Shown piece after piece: positions 1 through 9,531 of a DNA stretch of 64,000 nt. The stretch lies in contig OZ242355.1 in the NCBI GenBank assembly GCA_965208805.1, positions 1,480,982 through 1,544,981 on the forward strand. Reading direction: 5' to 3'. A program made the position numbers and the translations under genes. The notes under the pieces were generated by a model. It was given only the letters and a program-made list of their open reading frames with translations. It made no database searches and had not been told where the DNA came from. This DNA comes from Acidimicrobiales bacterium (GTDB lineage Bacteria > Actinomycetota > Acidimicrobiia > Acidimicrobiales > Bin134). The stretch's first letter is position 1, and each line of letters begins with the position of its first letter.

Positions 1-159
1 GCCCAGGGCACGGTGGACCTGGAGCTGCCCGGCCAGCCGCCGACACACCTTGTCGCCGGCGACTGTGTGATCCAGCGGGGCACCGAGCACGCCTGGCGCA
101 ACACCGGCGATGGCCCGTTCACCCTCTCGGCGGTGATGATCGGGGTTGGGGATGGCTGA
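1..159 (+). CDS. cupin-domain protein, C-terminal fragment (5' end lies outside the window)
   Basis: Frame 1 is open from the window edge to TGA 157-159. The translation ...LVAGDCVIQRGTEHAWRNTGDGPFTLSAVMIG... looks like the last beta-strands of a cupin_2 fold. The stop overlaps the next ATG (ATGGCTGA). Confidence 0.4.
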   Translation, partial: AQGTVDLELPGQPPTHLVAGDCVIQRGTEHAWRNTGDGPFTLSAVMIGVGDG

Positions 160-688
160 TCTCGACCCTCGGCTCCAAGCGCTGCTCGACAAGGACGAGA
201 TCACCGACACCATTCACCGGGTGGCCCGGGGCACTGATCGGCTCGACAAGGAGCTGATCGTCTCCGGCTATCACCCCGACGGCTTCGATGACCACAACAA
301 TTTCCGTGGCAGCCCGGTGGAGTTCGCCGACTGGGTGCTGGAGGTGCTGGCCCACTTCGACTACACCCAGCACCTGCTGGGCCAGTCCCGCATCGAACTC
401 GAGGGTGATGTGGCGTTTGTGGAGACCTACTGCAATGCCCACCACGTGGTGCATCCAACCCAGGAAGGGCCGGGGTCCGACATGCGCATGGGTCTGCGCT
501 ACGTGGACCGGTTCGAGCGCCGCGACGGCGGGCCCTGGCTGATCGCCACCCGGATATGCGCCTTTGAGTGGCGCTACACCCTCACGCTGAATTACTCGTT
601 CCCCTACGACGACGACTTCACCATCGGTTATCGGGACCGCTCCGACATCACCTACACCCGGAAGGGCCTGATGGGTGGCCCTCGATAA
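152..688 (+). CDS. SnoaL-like / NTF2-fold protein (SnoaL_4 type)
   Basis: ATG at 152 (the ORF track uses TTG 146). LQALLDKDEITDTIHRVARGTDRLD...GGPWLIATRICAFEW pattern is typical of SnoaL_4 proteins. Similar in style to 54382-55011. Confidence 0.7.
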   Translation: MADLDPRLQALLDKDEITDTIHRVARGTDRLDKELIVSGYHPDGFDDHNNFRGSPVEFADWVLEVLAHFDYTQHLLGQSRIELEGDVAFVETYCNAHHVVHPTQEGPGSDMRMGLRYVDRFERRDGGPWLIATRICAFEWRYTLTLNYSFPYDDDFTIGYRDRSDITYTRKGLMGGPR

Positions 689-1157
689 GCGGCACGTCCG
701 GTTTGAGCGGTTGGACCTGGAGGAAGTGCTCCACGAGATGCTGACCCTGGCTGCTCGGGGCGACGGCAAGGGGTGGATGAACGTGCAGCCGCTGGTGGCT
801 GATGAGAACCGGCCTCCCGAGTCACCCATCTTCAAGCTGTTCACCGCCAAAGGACCGGCCATCCCGCTGGGCACTTGGGTGCCGGGCCACCACCATCGGG
901 ACAAGTGGCAGCCCGCTTCGGTGGGGTTGCAGCACGCCGGAGGCCGATACGCCGCAAAGCTGCTGGAGGAGCGGGGGGTTACCGAGCCCGACGGGTGGAA
1001 CCGGCGCCAAGACCACATCAAGCGGGGCTTGGTCTACGAGCTGCCCGAGGGCCAAGACCCAAGAGTGGCCGTGGAGTTCCTGCTAGACGCCATGGCTCAG
1101 CTCGCTGCGTTGCCCCTCAGCGGGCGCTGGCTGGCGATCGTAATGACCCAGCGTTAG
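675..1157 (+). CDS. hypothetical protein
   Basis: 160-codon ORF with a GTG start that overlaps the previous gene by 14 nt. It fills the gap between two confident genes. No motif recognised. Confidence 0.4.
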   Translation: MALDKRHVRFERLDLEEVLHEMLTLAARGDGKGWMNVQPLVADENRPPESPIFKLFTAKGPAIPLGTWVPGHHHRDKWQPASVGLQHAGGRYAAKLLEERGVTEPDGWNRRQDHIKRGLVYELPEGQDPRVAVEFLLDAMAQLAALPLSGRWLAIVMTQR

Positions 1158-2836
1158 CTCGGTGTTGTCCCGATCCGGTCGGCGGCGTCCTTCTTGAGCT
1201 GCCCCTTGGCCACTTTGCCTCCTGATGACCGGGGCAGGGCATCAACCACAAACAGGTGCTCGGGCCACCATTCTCGGGACACGCCGCGTTGGGCTAGGTG
1301 CTCCCGGAGTCCACCTAAATCCAGGCTGGTGTCGGGAACCAGCTCCACGTAGGCGGCCACTCGCTCGCCGAACACCGGATCGGGGGCGGCCACGGCAGCC
1401 ACCATGGCCACCGCCGGGTGGGTCATCACCTCGTCTTCCACCGCGGGGGCGCTGATGTTCTTGCCCCCTCGGATGATGAAGTCCGAGGTGCGGCCCACCA
1501 CCCGCAAGTAGCCGTCGTCGTCGATCTCCACGATGTCGCCCATCAGCATCCGGCCGTCATCGGTCATCAGCTCGGTGTTGGCTTTGGCGTCGTCGTAGTA
1601 GCCCAAAGCGGTGGCCGGCCCCCGACAGGCGGGCTGGCCCCGGCCTCGCAGTTCGGGCAGCCGCTGCCCGTCGTCGGGGTCGTACAACGCGCAGTCCATT
1701 TCGGGTTCGCACTTGCCCCCAGTGCGCAGCCGGGCCGATCGTGGATCGCTCAAGCGGGTGCCGCTCAGCATCCCGGTCTCGTTGGAGCCGTAGAAGTTCA
1801 ACACGGTGCAGCCGGTGCGGTCCTCGAATTCTGCGGCCCGCTGATAGGGGATGGCCTCGCCCCCGGTGAACATCAGCCGCAGCGACGACAGATCGTGGTC
1901 GTCGAAGGCGGGGGAGTTGAGCATCATGATGAATTGGGTGGTGACCGCGCACAGCACGGTCACCCGCTCGGCCTCGATGAGCCGCAACAGTGCCGCGGCG
2001 TCGAAGTCGGCCATCACCACCGTGGGAACGCCCAAAATGGTGGGGGTGTAGTGGGCGGTCCACAGCCCGAAGCCGAACGGAGCGGGCACCGGCACGCAGA
2101 ACACCTCGTCGGTCCCCAGCCCGCTGTACTGCACCGCCTTCTGGTGGAAGTAGAACCAGCGATTGTGGGTCTGCATCACGCACTTGGGCAGCCCGGTGGT
2201 CCCCGATGTGGAGTTCAGCAGGCACAGCTCGGAGGCCCCGAGACGGCGGGCTTCAACGGTCTCGCCAAACTCGAGCGCCGACTCTGGCGCAGGGGCGGGC
2301 TCGCCATTCAGAAACAGGGCCGCATCCTGGCCGAGGCTGTCGATGGTGATGTGGTGGGCGAGGGCGGGCAGGCTTCGCCGTAGCTCGGCCACCACATCCG
2401 CGGCTGGGCGACCCTGGGTGGTGGCTCCTGTGATAACAGCGCGGGCCCCGGATTTCTCCACCAGATGGGCAATCTCTGCCGGCCCGGCTCGGTGTCCGAT
2501 TCCCATGACCACCACACCGGCCTTGTCGGCCCCAGTGAACGCAGCGTGGACCGCAGCACTGTCGGGCAAGATCACCGCTGCCCGGTCGCCCCGATCCAGC
2601 TCCGCGGCCAACAGCGCCGCCGCCACCCGATCCGACAACCGGTCATAGCCCGCCCAAGTGGTCCGGTCGATGTTCCCTGAGGAGTCCTCCTCAGCCCCGC
2701 GTCTCCATGTGATGTAGGCAACATCGTCGGGCCGTTCGACCGCGTTGCGGCGGATTAGGTCGGTAGGGGTGTCGCGCCCCCACCACCCCGCCGTCACATA
2801 GGCAGCGGCAATCTCGGGACTAGCAGCGATGCTCAC
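1154..2836 (-). CDS. AMP-dependent acyl-CoA synthetase/ligase (ANL superfamily)
   Basis: 560 aa. AMP-binding signature LNSTSGTTGLPKCV, GDIVEIDDDGYLRVVGR hinge region, C-terminal GGKVAKGQLKK lysine. Confidence 0.85.
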   Translation of the reverse strand: MSIAASPEIAAAYVTAGWWGRDTPTDLIRRNAVERPDDVAYITWRRGAEEDSSGNIDRTTWAGYDRLSDRVAAALLAAELDRGDRAAVILPDSAAVHAAFTGADKAGVVVMGIGHRAGPAEIAHLVEKSGARAVITGATTQGRPAADVVAELRRSLPALAHHITIDSLGQDAALFLNGEPAPAPESALEFGETVEARRLGASELCLLNSTSGTTGLPKCVMQTHNRWFYFHQKAVQYSGLGTDEVFCVPVPAPFGFGLWTAHYTPTILGVPTVVMADFDAAALLRLIEAERVTVLCAVTTQFIMMLNSPAFDDHDLSSLRLMFTGGEAIPYQRAAEFEDRTGCTVLNFYGSNETGMLSGTRLSDPRSARLRTGGKCEPEMDCALYDPDDGQRLPELRGRGQPACRGPATALGYYDDAKANTELMTDDGRMLMGDIVEIDDDGYLRVVGRTSDFIIRGGKNISAPAVEDEVMTHPAVAMVAAVAAPDPVFGERVAAYVELVPDTSLDLGGLREHLAQRGVSREWWPEHLFVVDALPRSSGGKVAKGQLKKDAADRIGTTPS

Positions 2837-2851
2837 CAGGGAGATACTTCC

Positions 2852-4171
2852 CTACTGGGAAGCAATCGTGAGAGTGTAGGTGCCTAGGTCGAATCCTTCG
2901 ACGGCGACAAAGTAGGTGCCCGAGCTCGGCGCCTCCCAGTAGATACGGGGGGCTAGGCCGTCGTAGTCGTCGCTGTATTCCAGCTCTTCGAAGTCGTCAT
3001 ACAGAGTCATGTATGGATCTGACATCGTTACCGGCTCTACATCAATCTGATAGGTCACGCCTGACTCGCCCTCGAACGCAAAGAAATCTATGTCCCAAAT
3101 GTGCTCAATCTCGCCCCCGATGGGCTCATCAACTGTGACGAACGTGGCGTCCTCAGCCCAGTCGGCGTGATCGTCGGGACCCGCACTAGTGGTCTCGCCG
3201 CCCTGGTCATTAAAATCTTGGGCGAGGCCCGAGACCAAGAGTTCGGGTACGCATTCAAACATGCCGAGGCCGGCCTCGACGGCTGCGGGGTCATCCGCAT
3301 TTGCCAGCAGTGCAGCGGAGTCGATGTCGCGGGCCCAGTCTCGCAGGCACGCCCTCTCTTCATCGCTTAACTCGTCGAGCTCCACACCCAACCCCTGAGC
3401 CGCAAAGGCGATGAGCAGGTCGGGCAGGCAGGCGAACATACCGAAGCTGACTTCGAGAAAAGCGAGGCCGTCGTCATCAGCGAAGACCGCGGAGTCGATG
3501 TCGCGGGCCCAGTTTTGCAAGCACAATCTTTCATCGTCGCCCAGTTCGTCGGGTGCCACATCTAGTCCCTGAGCCTCGAGCTCTTGAATCGCGAAGCCGA
3601 TGAGCAGGTCGGGTACGCAGGCAATCATGCCAAAACTGGCCGCGAATGCCGCGGCGTCGTCTTCATCGGCGGCGAGGGCGGCGGGGTCGATGTCGCTTAC
3701 CCAGTCTTGCAGGCACGACTTCTCTTCATCGCCAAGCTCCAATTCAAACCCCACACCCAGTTCACCTTGGGATGCTTCTGTTTCGAATGTTGCAATCGTC
3801 GTTGAGAGAAGCAGACCGCGGGCAGTTTCAACGTCAAGACACCCAAGCGTCGCAGCATCCCACTCTTCCGAGCTTGTATATCCCAAGACTGTCTGTTCCA
3901 TCGCTGATTCGAACTGGCTGCTATCGAGCTCGCTGCGGATGCATTCTTGCTCCGAGGCTGAAAAGGTGTTGAACACTTCCTGCCAGGTGGTGCTTCTTTC
4001 GATTTCGAATTCTTCTGCGGTTGGCGATGAGCCTCCCTGAGTACCAGGCGATGAGCCTCCTAGAGCAGCCGGCGATGAGCTTCCCCCGCAGGCGGCAAGC
4101 ACGATGAGGGAGGCGGCGCCTAGCAGGGCAGTCGCTCCGTGGAGTCGCATACGTCGGAGGGTATTCATCAA
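2852..4171 (-). CDS. secreted lipoprotein with 3-4 Cys-pair repeats and a PPC-like (pre-peptidase C-terminal type) beta-sandwich tail
   Basis: Signal peptide plus lipobox (LIVLAAC-GGSS). Three clear ~60-aa repeats of form E(E/K)xxCLxxWxxDIDxA...FGMxxCxPxLL. C-terminal ...IWDIDFFAFEGESGVTYQIDV...GTYFVAVEGFDLGTYTLTI resembles PPC domains. Confidence 0.7.
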   Translation of the reverse strand: MMNTLRRMRLHGATALLGAASLIVLAACGGSSSPAALGGSSPGTQGGSSPTAEEFEIERSTTWQEVFNTFSASEQECIRSELDSSQFESAMEQTVLGYTSSEEWDAATLGCLDVETARGLLLSTTIATFETEASQGELGVGFELELGDEEKSCLQDWVSDIDPAALAADEDDAAAFAASFGMIACVPDLLIGFAIQELEAQGLDVAPDELGDDERLCLQNWARDIDSAVFADDDGLAFLEVSFGMFACLPDLLIAFAAQGLGVELDELSDEERACLRDWARDIDSAALLANADDPAAVEAGLGMFECVPELLVSGLAQDFNDQGGETTSAGPDDHADWAEDATFVTVDEPIGGEIEHIWDIDFFAFEGESGVTYQIDVEPVTMSDPYMTLYDDFEELEYSDDYDGLAPRIYWEAPSSGTYFVAVEGFDLGTYTLTIASQ

Positions 4172-4184
4172 CTTGGCACAACAA

Positions 4185-5441
4185 TTAGTAGCTGTTGGGG
4201 TCGGCGATAACCGAGTCGGGGACGGGGTGGCGGAAGAGGTCGCTGGCGTTGGCCCAGCAGATGCGGGCCACTTCGTCGGCAGGGATGCCGTTGAGTTGTT
4301 GGCGGAGCAGCTCCTGGGTGTTGGGCCAGGTGGAGTCGGCGTGGGGGTAGTCGGACTCCACCATCAGGTTCTCCAGGCCCATGTAGTGGCGGTGGTCGAA
4401 GGCCGAAGGGTCGTCGATGGCGCAGAACCAGAAGTTGCGGCGCAGCGTGTCGGCGGGGGAGAGCTCCACGTCATTCCAGGTGCCGTACATGGAGTCGTAC
4501 TTGCGGACGTGCTCCAAGCGGTCCAATAGCCCGGCCACCCAGCCGAGGCCCCCCTCGCTGAGGGCGATCTTGATGTTGGGAAAGCGCACCGGGATCTTGG
4601 AGTACAGCCAATCCACCGCGGCGAACATGGCGTAGCCGAAGAACAGCACCCCCACGGTGTCGGAGGGGGCGTCGGGGGCGGTGGCCGGCGAGGTGCCCGA
4701 GGAGCCGACATGCAGGCACACCACCGTCTCGGTCTCCTCGCAGGCGGCCATGATCGGGTCCCAGTGGCCGGAGTGCAGCGAAGGGAACCCCAAAGAATGA
4801 GGAGCCTCGGAGAAGCTGATGGCCTTGTAGCCCCGTTCGGCGTTGCGGTACACCTCGGCCGCGCCTACCTCAGGGTCGAGGAAGTAGGTGATCTGGCACG
4901 GGATCATGCGATCGGGATAGGCCCCCGACCACTCCTCGATGTTCCAGTCGTTCCAGGCCCGCACCGCGGCCAGGGCCAGGTCGGGATCGTCGGTCAGCTG
5001 CTGGAACCGTTGGCCGCAGAAGCCGGGCAGAAACGACGGGAAGCACAGCGAGGCGTAAACCCCGTTGAGGTCCATGTCGGCGATTCGGGCGTCGATGTCC
5101 CATGAGCCCCGGCGCATGTCCTCGAAGCGGGTGGGTTCGAAGCTGTACTCGCTGACCGGCCGGCCCACCACCGCGTTGAACCCCACGTTGGGCAGCGAGT
5201 GCCCGGCATACAGCCAGGTCTCCGATCCGTCGTCGAGGGTGGCCACCTGGGGAGCGTCGTCGGCATATTTGGCTGGGAATCGGTCGACAAAGGCCTCGGG
5301 GGGCTCCACGATGTGGTCGTCCACTGAGATCATCGGCGTCCACCGGTCGGCTCGCTCAGGCTCGGGCAAGAAGGTGACCTGGCCCTTGACGTGCTGGGTG
5401 AAAGAGGTGTCAGCAGTGAGATCGTCGAGCGAAATGGCCAT
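4185..5441 (-). CDS. amidohydrolase family protein (amidohydrolase_2 / ACMSD-like)
   Basis: 418 aa. ISVDDHIVEP near the N-terminus and ESDYPHADSTWP near the C-terminus match the metal-ligand layout of amidohydrolase_2 enzymes. Confidence 0.75.
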   Translation of the reverse strand: MAISLDDLTADTSFTQHVKGQVTFLPEPERADRWTPMISVDDHIVEPPEAFVDRFPAKYADDAPQVATLDDGSETWLYAGHSLPNVGFNAVVGRPVSEYSFEPTRFEDMRRGSWDIDARIADMDLNGVYASLCFPSFLPGFCGQRFQQLTDDPDLALAAVRAWNDWNIEEWSGAYPDRMIPCQITYFLDPEVGAAEVYRNAERGYKAISFSEAPHSLGFPSLHSGHWDPIMAACEETETVVCLHVGSSGTSPATAPDAPSDTVGVLFFGYAMFAAVDWLYSKIPVRFPNIKIALSEGGLGWVAGLLDRLEHVRKYDSMYGTWNDVELSPADTLRRNFWFCAIDDPSAFDHRHYMGLENLMVESDYPHADSTWPNTQELLRQQLNGIPADEVARICWANASDLFRHPVPDSVIADPNSY

Positions 5442-5459
5442 GTCTAAGCTTGCCGCGAA

Positions 5460-5918
5460 TCAGCCCGGCTGAGCCACTGAAAGGTGGATTTGCAGATCGG
5501 TGAAGCTGGGCGGGCCGAGGCCGTCGCTACAGTGCAGGGCCAAGTGCCGCTCATCGGTTTCCACGATCATTCCGGCATTGCCCAGCCACGCCGTTTCCAG
5601 TCCGCCCAGATCCCACGCGTTCCACACCTCCAAGCGCCGGACCTGGGCCCCGAGCACGGTTAGCTCCACCTCTGCCGGACTGGTGTCGGACCACAGCGAA
5701 ATGATCTCGGAGACAGCCTCATTGGCCTCGAGGAGACCGTTTACTGCGGCCAGCTTGAGGGCTTGGCGGCGGTCGGGGCGGGCGGCGATCCGCTCTATCC
5801 GCACCCTGGTGCCCTCCGACACCGCCAACCGCAGCAGCGGCCGGACGTCTCGCCCCCGGTGCACCACGGTCTCGGCCCCGTCAGCAAATTGATCGCTGAG
5901 CGTGGGGGTGGCACTCAT
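5460..5918 (-). CDS. hypothetical protein (small, soluble)
   Basis: 152-codon ORF whose ATG overlaps the stop of the upstream membrane protein gene (4-nt overlap 5915-5918). No motif recognised. Confidence 0.5.
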   Translation of the reverse strand: MSATPTLSDQFADGAETVVHRGRDVRPLLRLAVSEGTRVRIERIAARPDRRQALKLAAVNGLLEANEAVSEIISLWSDTSPAEVELTVLGAQVRRLEVWNAWDLGGLETAWLGNAGMIVETDERHLALHCSDGLGPPSFTDLQIHLSVAQPG

Positions 5919-6550
5919 GGTTGGGCGAAGGGGTCGAGCCCCCTGTCTCCCCAGGTGGGGGTGGGCTTGCGCTTGGTGGCCCAGCAGTACCGCAGCATGG
6001 ACTCGGGGAGGTCTAGCTCCTCAATAGTGCCGGTTCGGGGATTGAAGCGCTGGGGGGCTTGGCCGACGGCCATCAGAGTCCGATTGTCCTCGCCGAACAC
6101 CGCTGAGGATCGACGCTCGGACAGGTTCTTCCAGTAGCGACGGCGCACCGCGGTGATCGACGGCGGGGTACCCCGAGGGGTGAGCTTGAAGATGGATTCA
6201 CCCGCCTGCCAAGGTCCCGACGACGTTGGCTCCTCTGGCTGTGGGGCAGGGTCGGGAGCGGGATACTCGGTGTGCTGCTCTGCGAAAGGCCCAAGTGGAA
6301 CCTCCGGCTGTTGGACGGTGGTGGATTCGGCGGGGAGCGCCGGTAGATCACTGCGAGCACTCGGCGCTGAAGTGGTGTCGGGAACCTCTGGAGGCATGGG
6401 GGCGTCAATCATCAGCCAGGCCGGCGTGCCGGTGGTACGGGGTCGAAAGGAGCGGCGGATGGGCTTGCCCATCCAATCCAAGATGATGGCCAAGGTGGCC
6501 AGCGCCAGCATGATCAGAAGAAAGACGAAGAAGGCGGCAACTGTGGACAT
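5915..6550 (-). CDS. hypothetical membrane-anchored protein (N-terminal TM, Pro-rich linker, basic C-terminal domain)
   Basis: 211 aa. N-terminal hydrophobic helix AAFFVFLLIMLALATLAIIL, then a P/T/E-rich linker. The C-terminal ~90 aa have no recognisable family. Confidence 0.55.
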   Translation of the reverse strand: MSTVAAFFVFLLIMLALATLAIILDWMGKPIRRSFRPRTTGTPAWLMIDAPMPPEVPDTTSAPSARSDLPALPAESTTVQQPEVPLGPFAEQHTEYPAPDPAPQPEEPTSSGPWQAGESIFKLTPRGTPPSITAVRRRYWKNLSERRSSAVFGEDNRTLMAVGQAPQRFNPRTGTIEELDLPESMLRYCWATKRKPTPTWGDRGLDPFAQP

Positions 6551-6574
6551 AGCTCTAGTGGTTGGATTTTACGC

Positions 6575-7372
6575 TCAACGCCCCTGAAAACGGGGGTCGC
6601 GGTGCTCGGCGAAAGCGGCCCGTCCCTCGGCAAAATCCTCGCTGGCCCAACAGTCGGCGATGGCATTCAGGGCTTCTTGGCGATCGCCCCGGCCAGTGGC
6701 TGCGGCGATGGACAGCTTTACCGCCCGCAGGGTAAGCGGGGCATTGGCCACCAGGCGGGAGCAGAGCTTGCCGACTTCGTGGTCGAACTCGTCGGCGGCC
6801 ACCACCGAGTGGGCGAGGCCCATGCGGGCTGCCTCCTCAGCGCTGATCCGGTCCCCGGTCATCAAGATGCGCGCCGCGTTGGCATCGCCCACCCGGCCCA
6901 CAAGCTGCTCGACGCCCTCGATGGGATAACCCACTCCCAGACGGGCCGCGGGGATGCCGAACTGCGAGCGGTCGGTGGCCACAAGCAGATCGGCGTGGAG
7001 GGCCACCAGCAGCCCCCCTCCGAGGCAGTACCCGTTTACCGCGGCAATCAGTGGCTTGGTCAGTCGACCCAGCGCGGCCGGTCCCCGGCTGGTGCGGGCA
7101 TCGTCGGGTGAGGGGTCGCTGCTCGGTCCCCGAGCGGAGTCCAGGCTTCCGATGTCGGCGCCAGAGGCGAACGCCCGGTCTCCCGCACCGGAGATGACCA
7201 CCACCCGGATTTCCGGGTCTTGCTCGTAGGCGTCGACAACGGCGGCCAGCGCCGCGAACATGTCGGTGGTGATGGCGTTGTGCCGCTCAGGATTGTTGAA
7301 CACAATGCGGCCGACCGCGCCCTCGATATCGGCGATCAGCTTGTCGGTTCCGGTGTCCACAGTCTGGCCCAT
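6575..7372 (-). CDS. enoyl-CoA hydratase/isomerase (crotonase fold)
   Basis: 265 aa. VVISGAGDRAFASGADI and NGYCLGGGLLVALHADL oxyanion-hole motifs. Confidence 0.85.
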   Translation of the reverse strand: MGQTVDTGTDKLIADIEGAVGRIVFNNPERHNAITTDMFAALAAVVDAYEQDPEIRVVVISGAGDRAFASGADIGSLDSARGPSSDPSPDDARTSRGPAALGRLTKPLIAAVNGYCLGGGLLVALHADLLVATDRSQFGIPAARLGVGYPIEGVEQLVGRVGDANAARILMTGDRISAEEAARMGLAHSVVAADEFDHEVGKLCSRLVANAPLTLRAVKLSIAAATGRGDRQEALNAIADCWASEDFAEGRAAFAEHRDPRFQGR

Positions 7373-7389
7373 GGGGTAGTAGTAGCACG

Positions 7390-8562
7390 ATGGCCCTATA
7401 CGACCGAGCCGAAGCCGGAAATGGGCCGCTGGCCGGCCTTCAGGTGGTCGATCTCACCAGGGCCCGAGCCGGCCCGACATGCACCCGACAGCTGGCCGAC
7501 ATGGGGGCTGAGGTGATCCGCGTCGTCGAGCCCAGTCCCTATTCCCTGGGCGGATCCGACACCTACAACCTTCAGCGCAACAAGAGGTCGATGGGTCTGG
7601 ACTTGACCGACGACCGGGCCCGGGAGGCGTTTTTCCGGCTGACTGATCGGGCTGACGTGGTGGTAGAGAACTATCGGCCAGCGGTGAAAGACCGCCTGGG
7701 CATTGGATACGAGGTGTTGTCGGCCCGCAACCCTCGGTTGGTTTACGCCAGCCTTTCGGGGTTCGGACAAGAAGGGCCGTATGCCAACCGTCCTGGGGTA
7801 GACCAGATCGCCCAAGGGCTGAGCGGGCTGATGAGCGTGACCGGTCCACCGGGGAGCGGGCCCTGGCGGGTGGGGATTGCCATCTCCGACACGGCGGCAG
7901 GAACGTTCCTCACCCAGGGGGTGCTGGCCGCGCTGTTGGCGCGGGAGCGCACTGGGAGGGGCCAGTGGGTCCACACGTCGCTGCTGGAAGCGGCCATCAA
8001 CTTCATGGACTTCCAGGCGGTGCGCTGGCTGACCGACGGCGAGGTCCCGCCCCAAGAGGGCAACAACCATCCCACCATCGTTCCGATGGGCATGTTCGCC
8101 ACCGCCGATGGGCACGTCAACGTGGCCCCAATGTCCCGGTGGGAGACCTTCGCCGAGGCGCTGGGCGCTCCGGAGCTGGTGGCCGATCCCCGATTCGCCG
8201 ACCGCAACGCCCGCACGGCCCACCGCATCGAACTGGATGAGATCATCGAGCAGCGCTTGGCCACCGCCACCACCGCCGAATGGGTGGAGCGGCTCAACGC
8301 CGCGGGGTGCCCTTGCGGACCGGTGCTGGCGGTTGACGAGACGTTTGCCGACCCTCAAGTGGAGCACCTGAACATCTTCTCGATGGTTCCCGACCCCGAT
8401 GGCGGCGAGCTGGCGGTGCTGCGACTTCCCCTCACATTCTCTGCCACCCCGGCTGCGGTGGGCGCCGGTCCCGTCCACCCTGGTCACCACACGCAGGAGA
8501 TTCTCGTCGAGCTGGGCTACGACGACGCCGAGATCGAAGCGCTGACAATCAGCACCGACTGA
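7390..8562 (+). CDS. family III CoA-transferase (CaiB/BaiF type)
   Basis: 390 aa. GLQVVDLTRARAGPTCTRQLADMGAEVIRV N-terminus and ...YASLSGFGQEGPY... are typical of this family. Confidence 0.85.
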   Translation: MALYDRAEAGNGPLAGLQVVDLTRARAGPTCTRQLADMGAEVIRVVEPSPYSLGGSDTYNLQRNKRSMGLDLTDDRAREAFFRLTDRADVVVENYRPAVKDRLGIGYEVLSARNPRLVYASLSGFGQEGPYANRPGVDQIAQGLSGLMSVTGPPGSGPWRVGIAISDTAAGTFLTQGVLAALLARERTGRGQWVHTSLLEAAINFMDFQAVRWLTDGEVPPQEGNNHPTIVPMGMFATADGHVNVAPMSRWETFAEALGAPELVADPRFADRNARTAHRIELDEIIEQRLATATTAEWVERLNAAGCPCGPVLAVDETFADPQVEHLNIFSMVPDPDGGELAVLRLPLTFSATPAAVGAGPVHPGHHTQEILVELGYDDAEIEALTISTD

Positions 8563-8574
8563 CCCTGTCCGCGG

Positions 8575-9531
8575 CTATGGAAGGCGGGCGAGGAGGTCCA
8601 AGAGCAGGGCGTAGAAGCCGTCAGAGTCCACTTCGGTGATGAACTGGCAGTTGGACGGCCGATCGGTGACGTCCCACCAATCCACCACGGTCATGCCCAT
8701 AGTGAGAGGGGATTGGGTCTCCACCTCCACGTTGCAGTGGCGCCCGCCGTAGAGGTGCGGGCGCAGTAGGTAGGCGATCACGTTGGGATCGTGCAGAGGA
8801 CCGCCGAAGGTGCCGTATTTGTCCACGTCGAAGCGCTCGTAGAAATCCAGCATTCCCGCGGCGGCTGCCCCGGTACGGGTGCCCAGGGCCCGCACTTGGT
8901 TTATCCAGGCGTCGGTCATCAGCGCCTTGTGGGTTACGTCAAGGGGGAGCATGGTGACCGGGGCACCGCAGTGGAGGACGATCTGAGCGGCGTCGGGGTC
9001 TACGAACACGTTGAACTCCGCGGTAGGGGTGGTGTTGCCCCCGCCGAAGAACCCGCCACCCATACACACGATCTCCCGAATGTGCTTGGCCGCCTCCGGG
9101 GCGGTCTCCAGCACAGTGGCCACATTGGTCATCGGCCCCACCGGGCAAATGGTGATCTCCCGCTCCCCAACGGCCAGGAGCGTCTCGATCATCCAGTCCA
9201 CCGCGTGCTGAGGTTGCAGTGGAGTAACGGGATCGGGCAGGTCAGCACCGTCGATGCCGGTTTTGCCGTGGACGTGCTCAGCGGTCACCAGATCCCGGCG
9301 CAGCGGGCGATCGCAGCCGGCGAACACGGGGACGTCGGGGCGACCGGCCAGCTCCACCAGGATGAGGGCGTTGCGGGCGGTCAGGTCCAAAGGCACGTTT
9401 CCGGCCACCGCGGTGATGCCCAGCACCTCGAGTTCGGGGGAGGCCAATGCGGCCAGGATGGCGATGGCGTCGTCTTGGCCAGGGTCTGTGTCGACGATGA
9501 CCGGGCGGGGAATAGTGGAGTGGTCGCTCAT
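8575..9531 (-). CDS. nucleoside hydrolase (inosine/uridine-preferring type)
   Basis: 318 aa. N-terminal aspartate cluster VIVDTDPGQDDAIAIL. The ATG overlaps the gatD stop (ATGA). Confidence 0.85.
   Translation of the reverse strand: MSDHSTIPRPVIVDTDPGQDDAIAILAALASPELEVLGITAVAGNVPLDLTARNALILVELAGRPDVPVFAGCDRPLRRDLVTAEHVHGKTGIDGADLPDPVTPLQPQHAVDWMIETLLAVGEREITICPVGPMTNVATVLETAPEAAKHIREIVCMGGGFFGGGNTTPTAEFNVFVDPDAAQIVLHCGAPVTMLPLDVTHKALMTDAWINQVRALGTRTGAAAAGMLDFYERFDVDKYGTFGGPLHDPNVIAYLLRPHLYGGRHCNVEVETQSPLTMGMTVVDWWDVTDRPSNCQFITEVDSDGFYALLLDLLARLP

Noticed and set aside
119-1021. Long antisense or alternative-frame ORFs throughout the track (for example 119-1021, 7396-8490, 8791-9798, 12820-13797, 22284-23396, 25587-26732, 30674-32215, 47943-48908, 51878-52966, 58819-60030)
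   Set aside because: They overlap genes with clear family motifs. Their translations are Arg/Pro/Gly/His-rich low-complexity strings, as expected from stop-poor frames in high-GC DNA, and no motifs were recognised.
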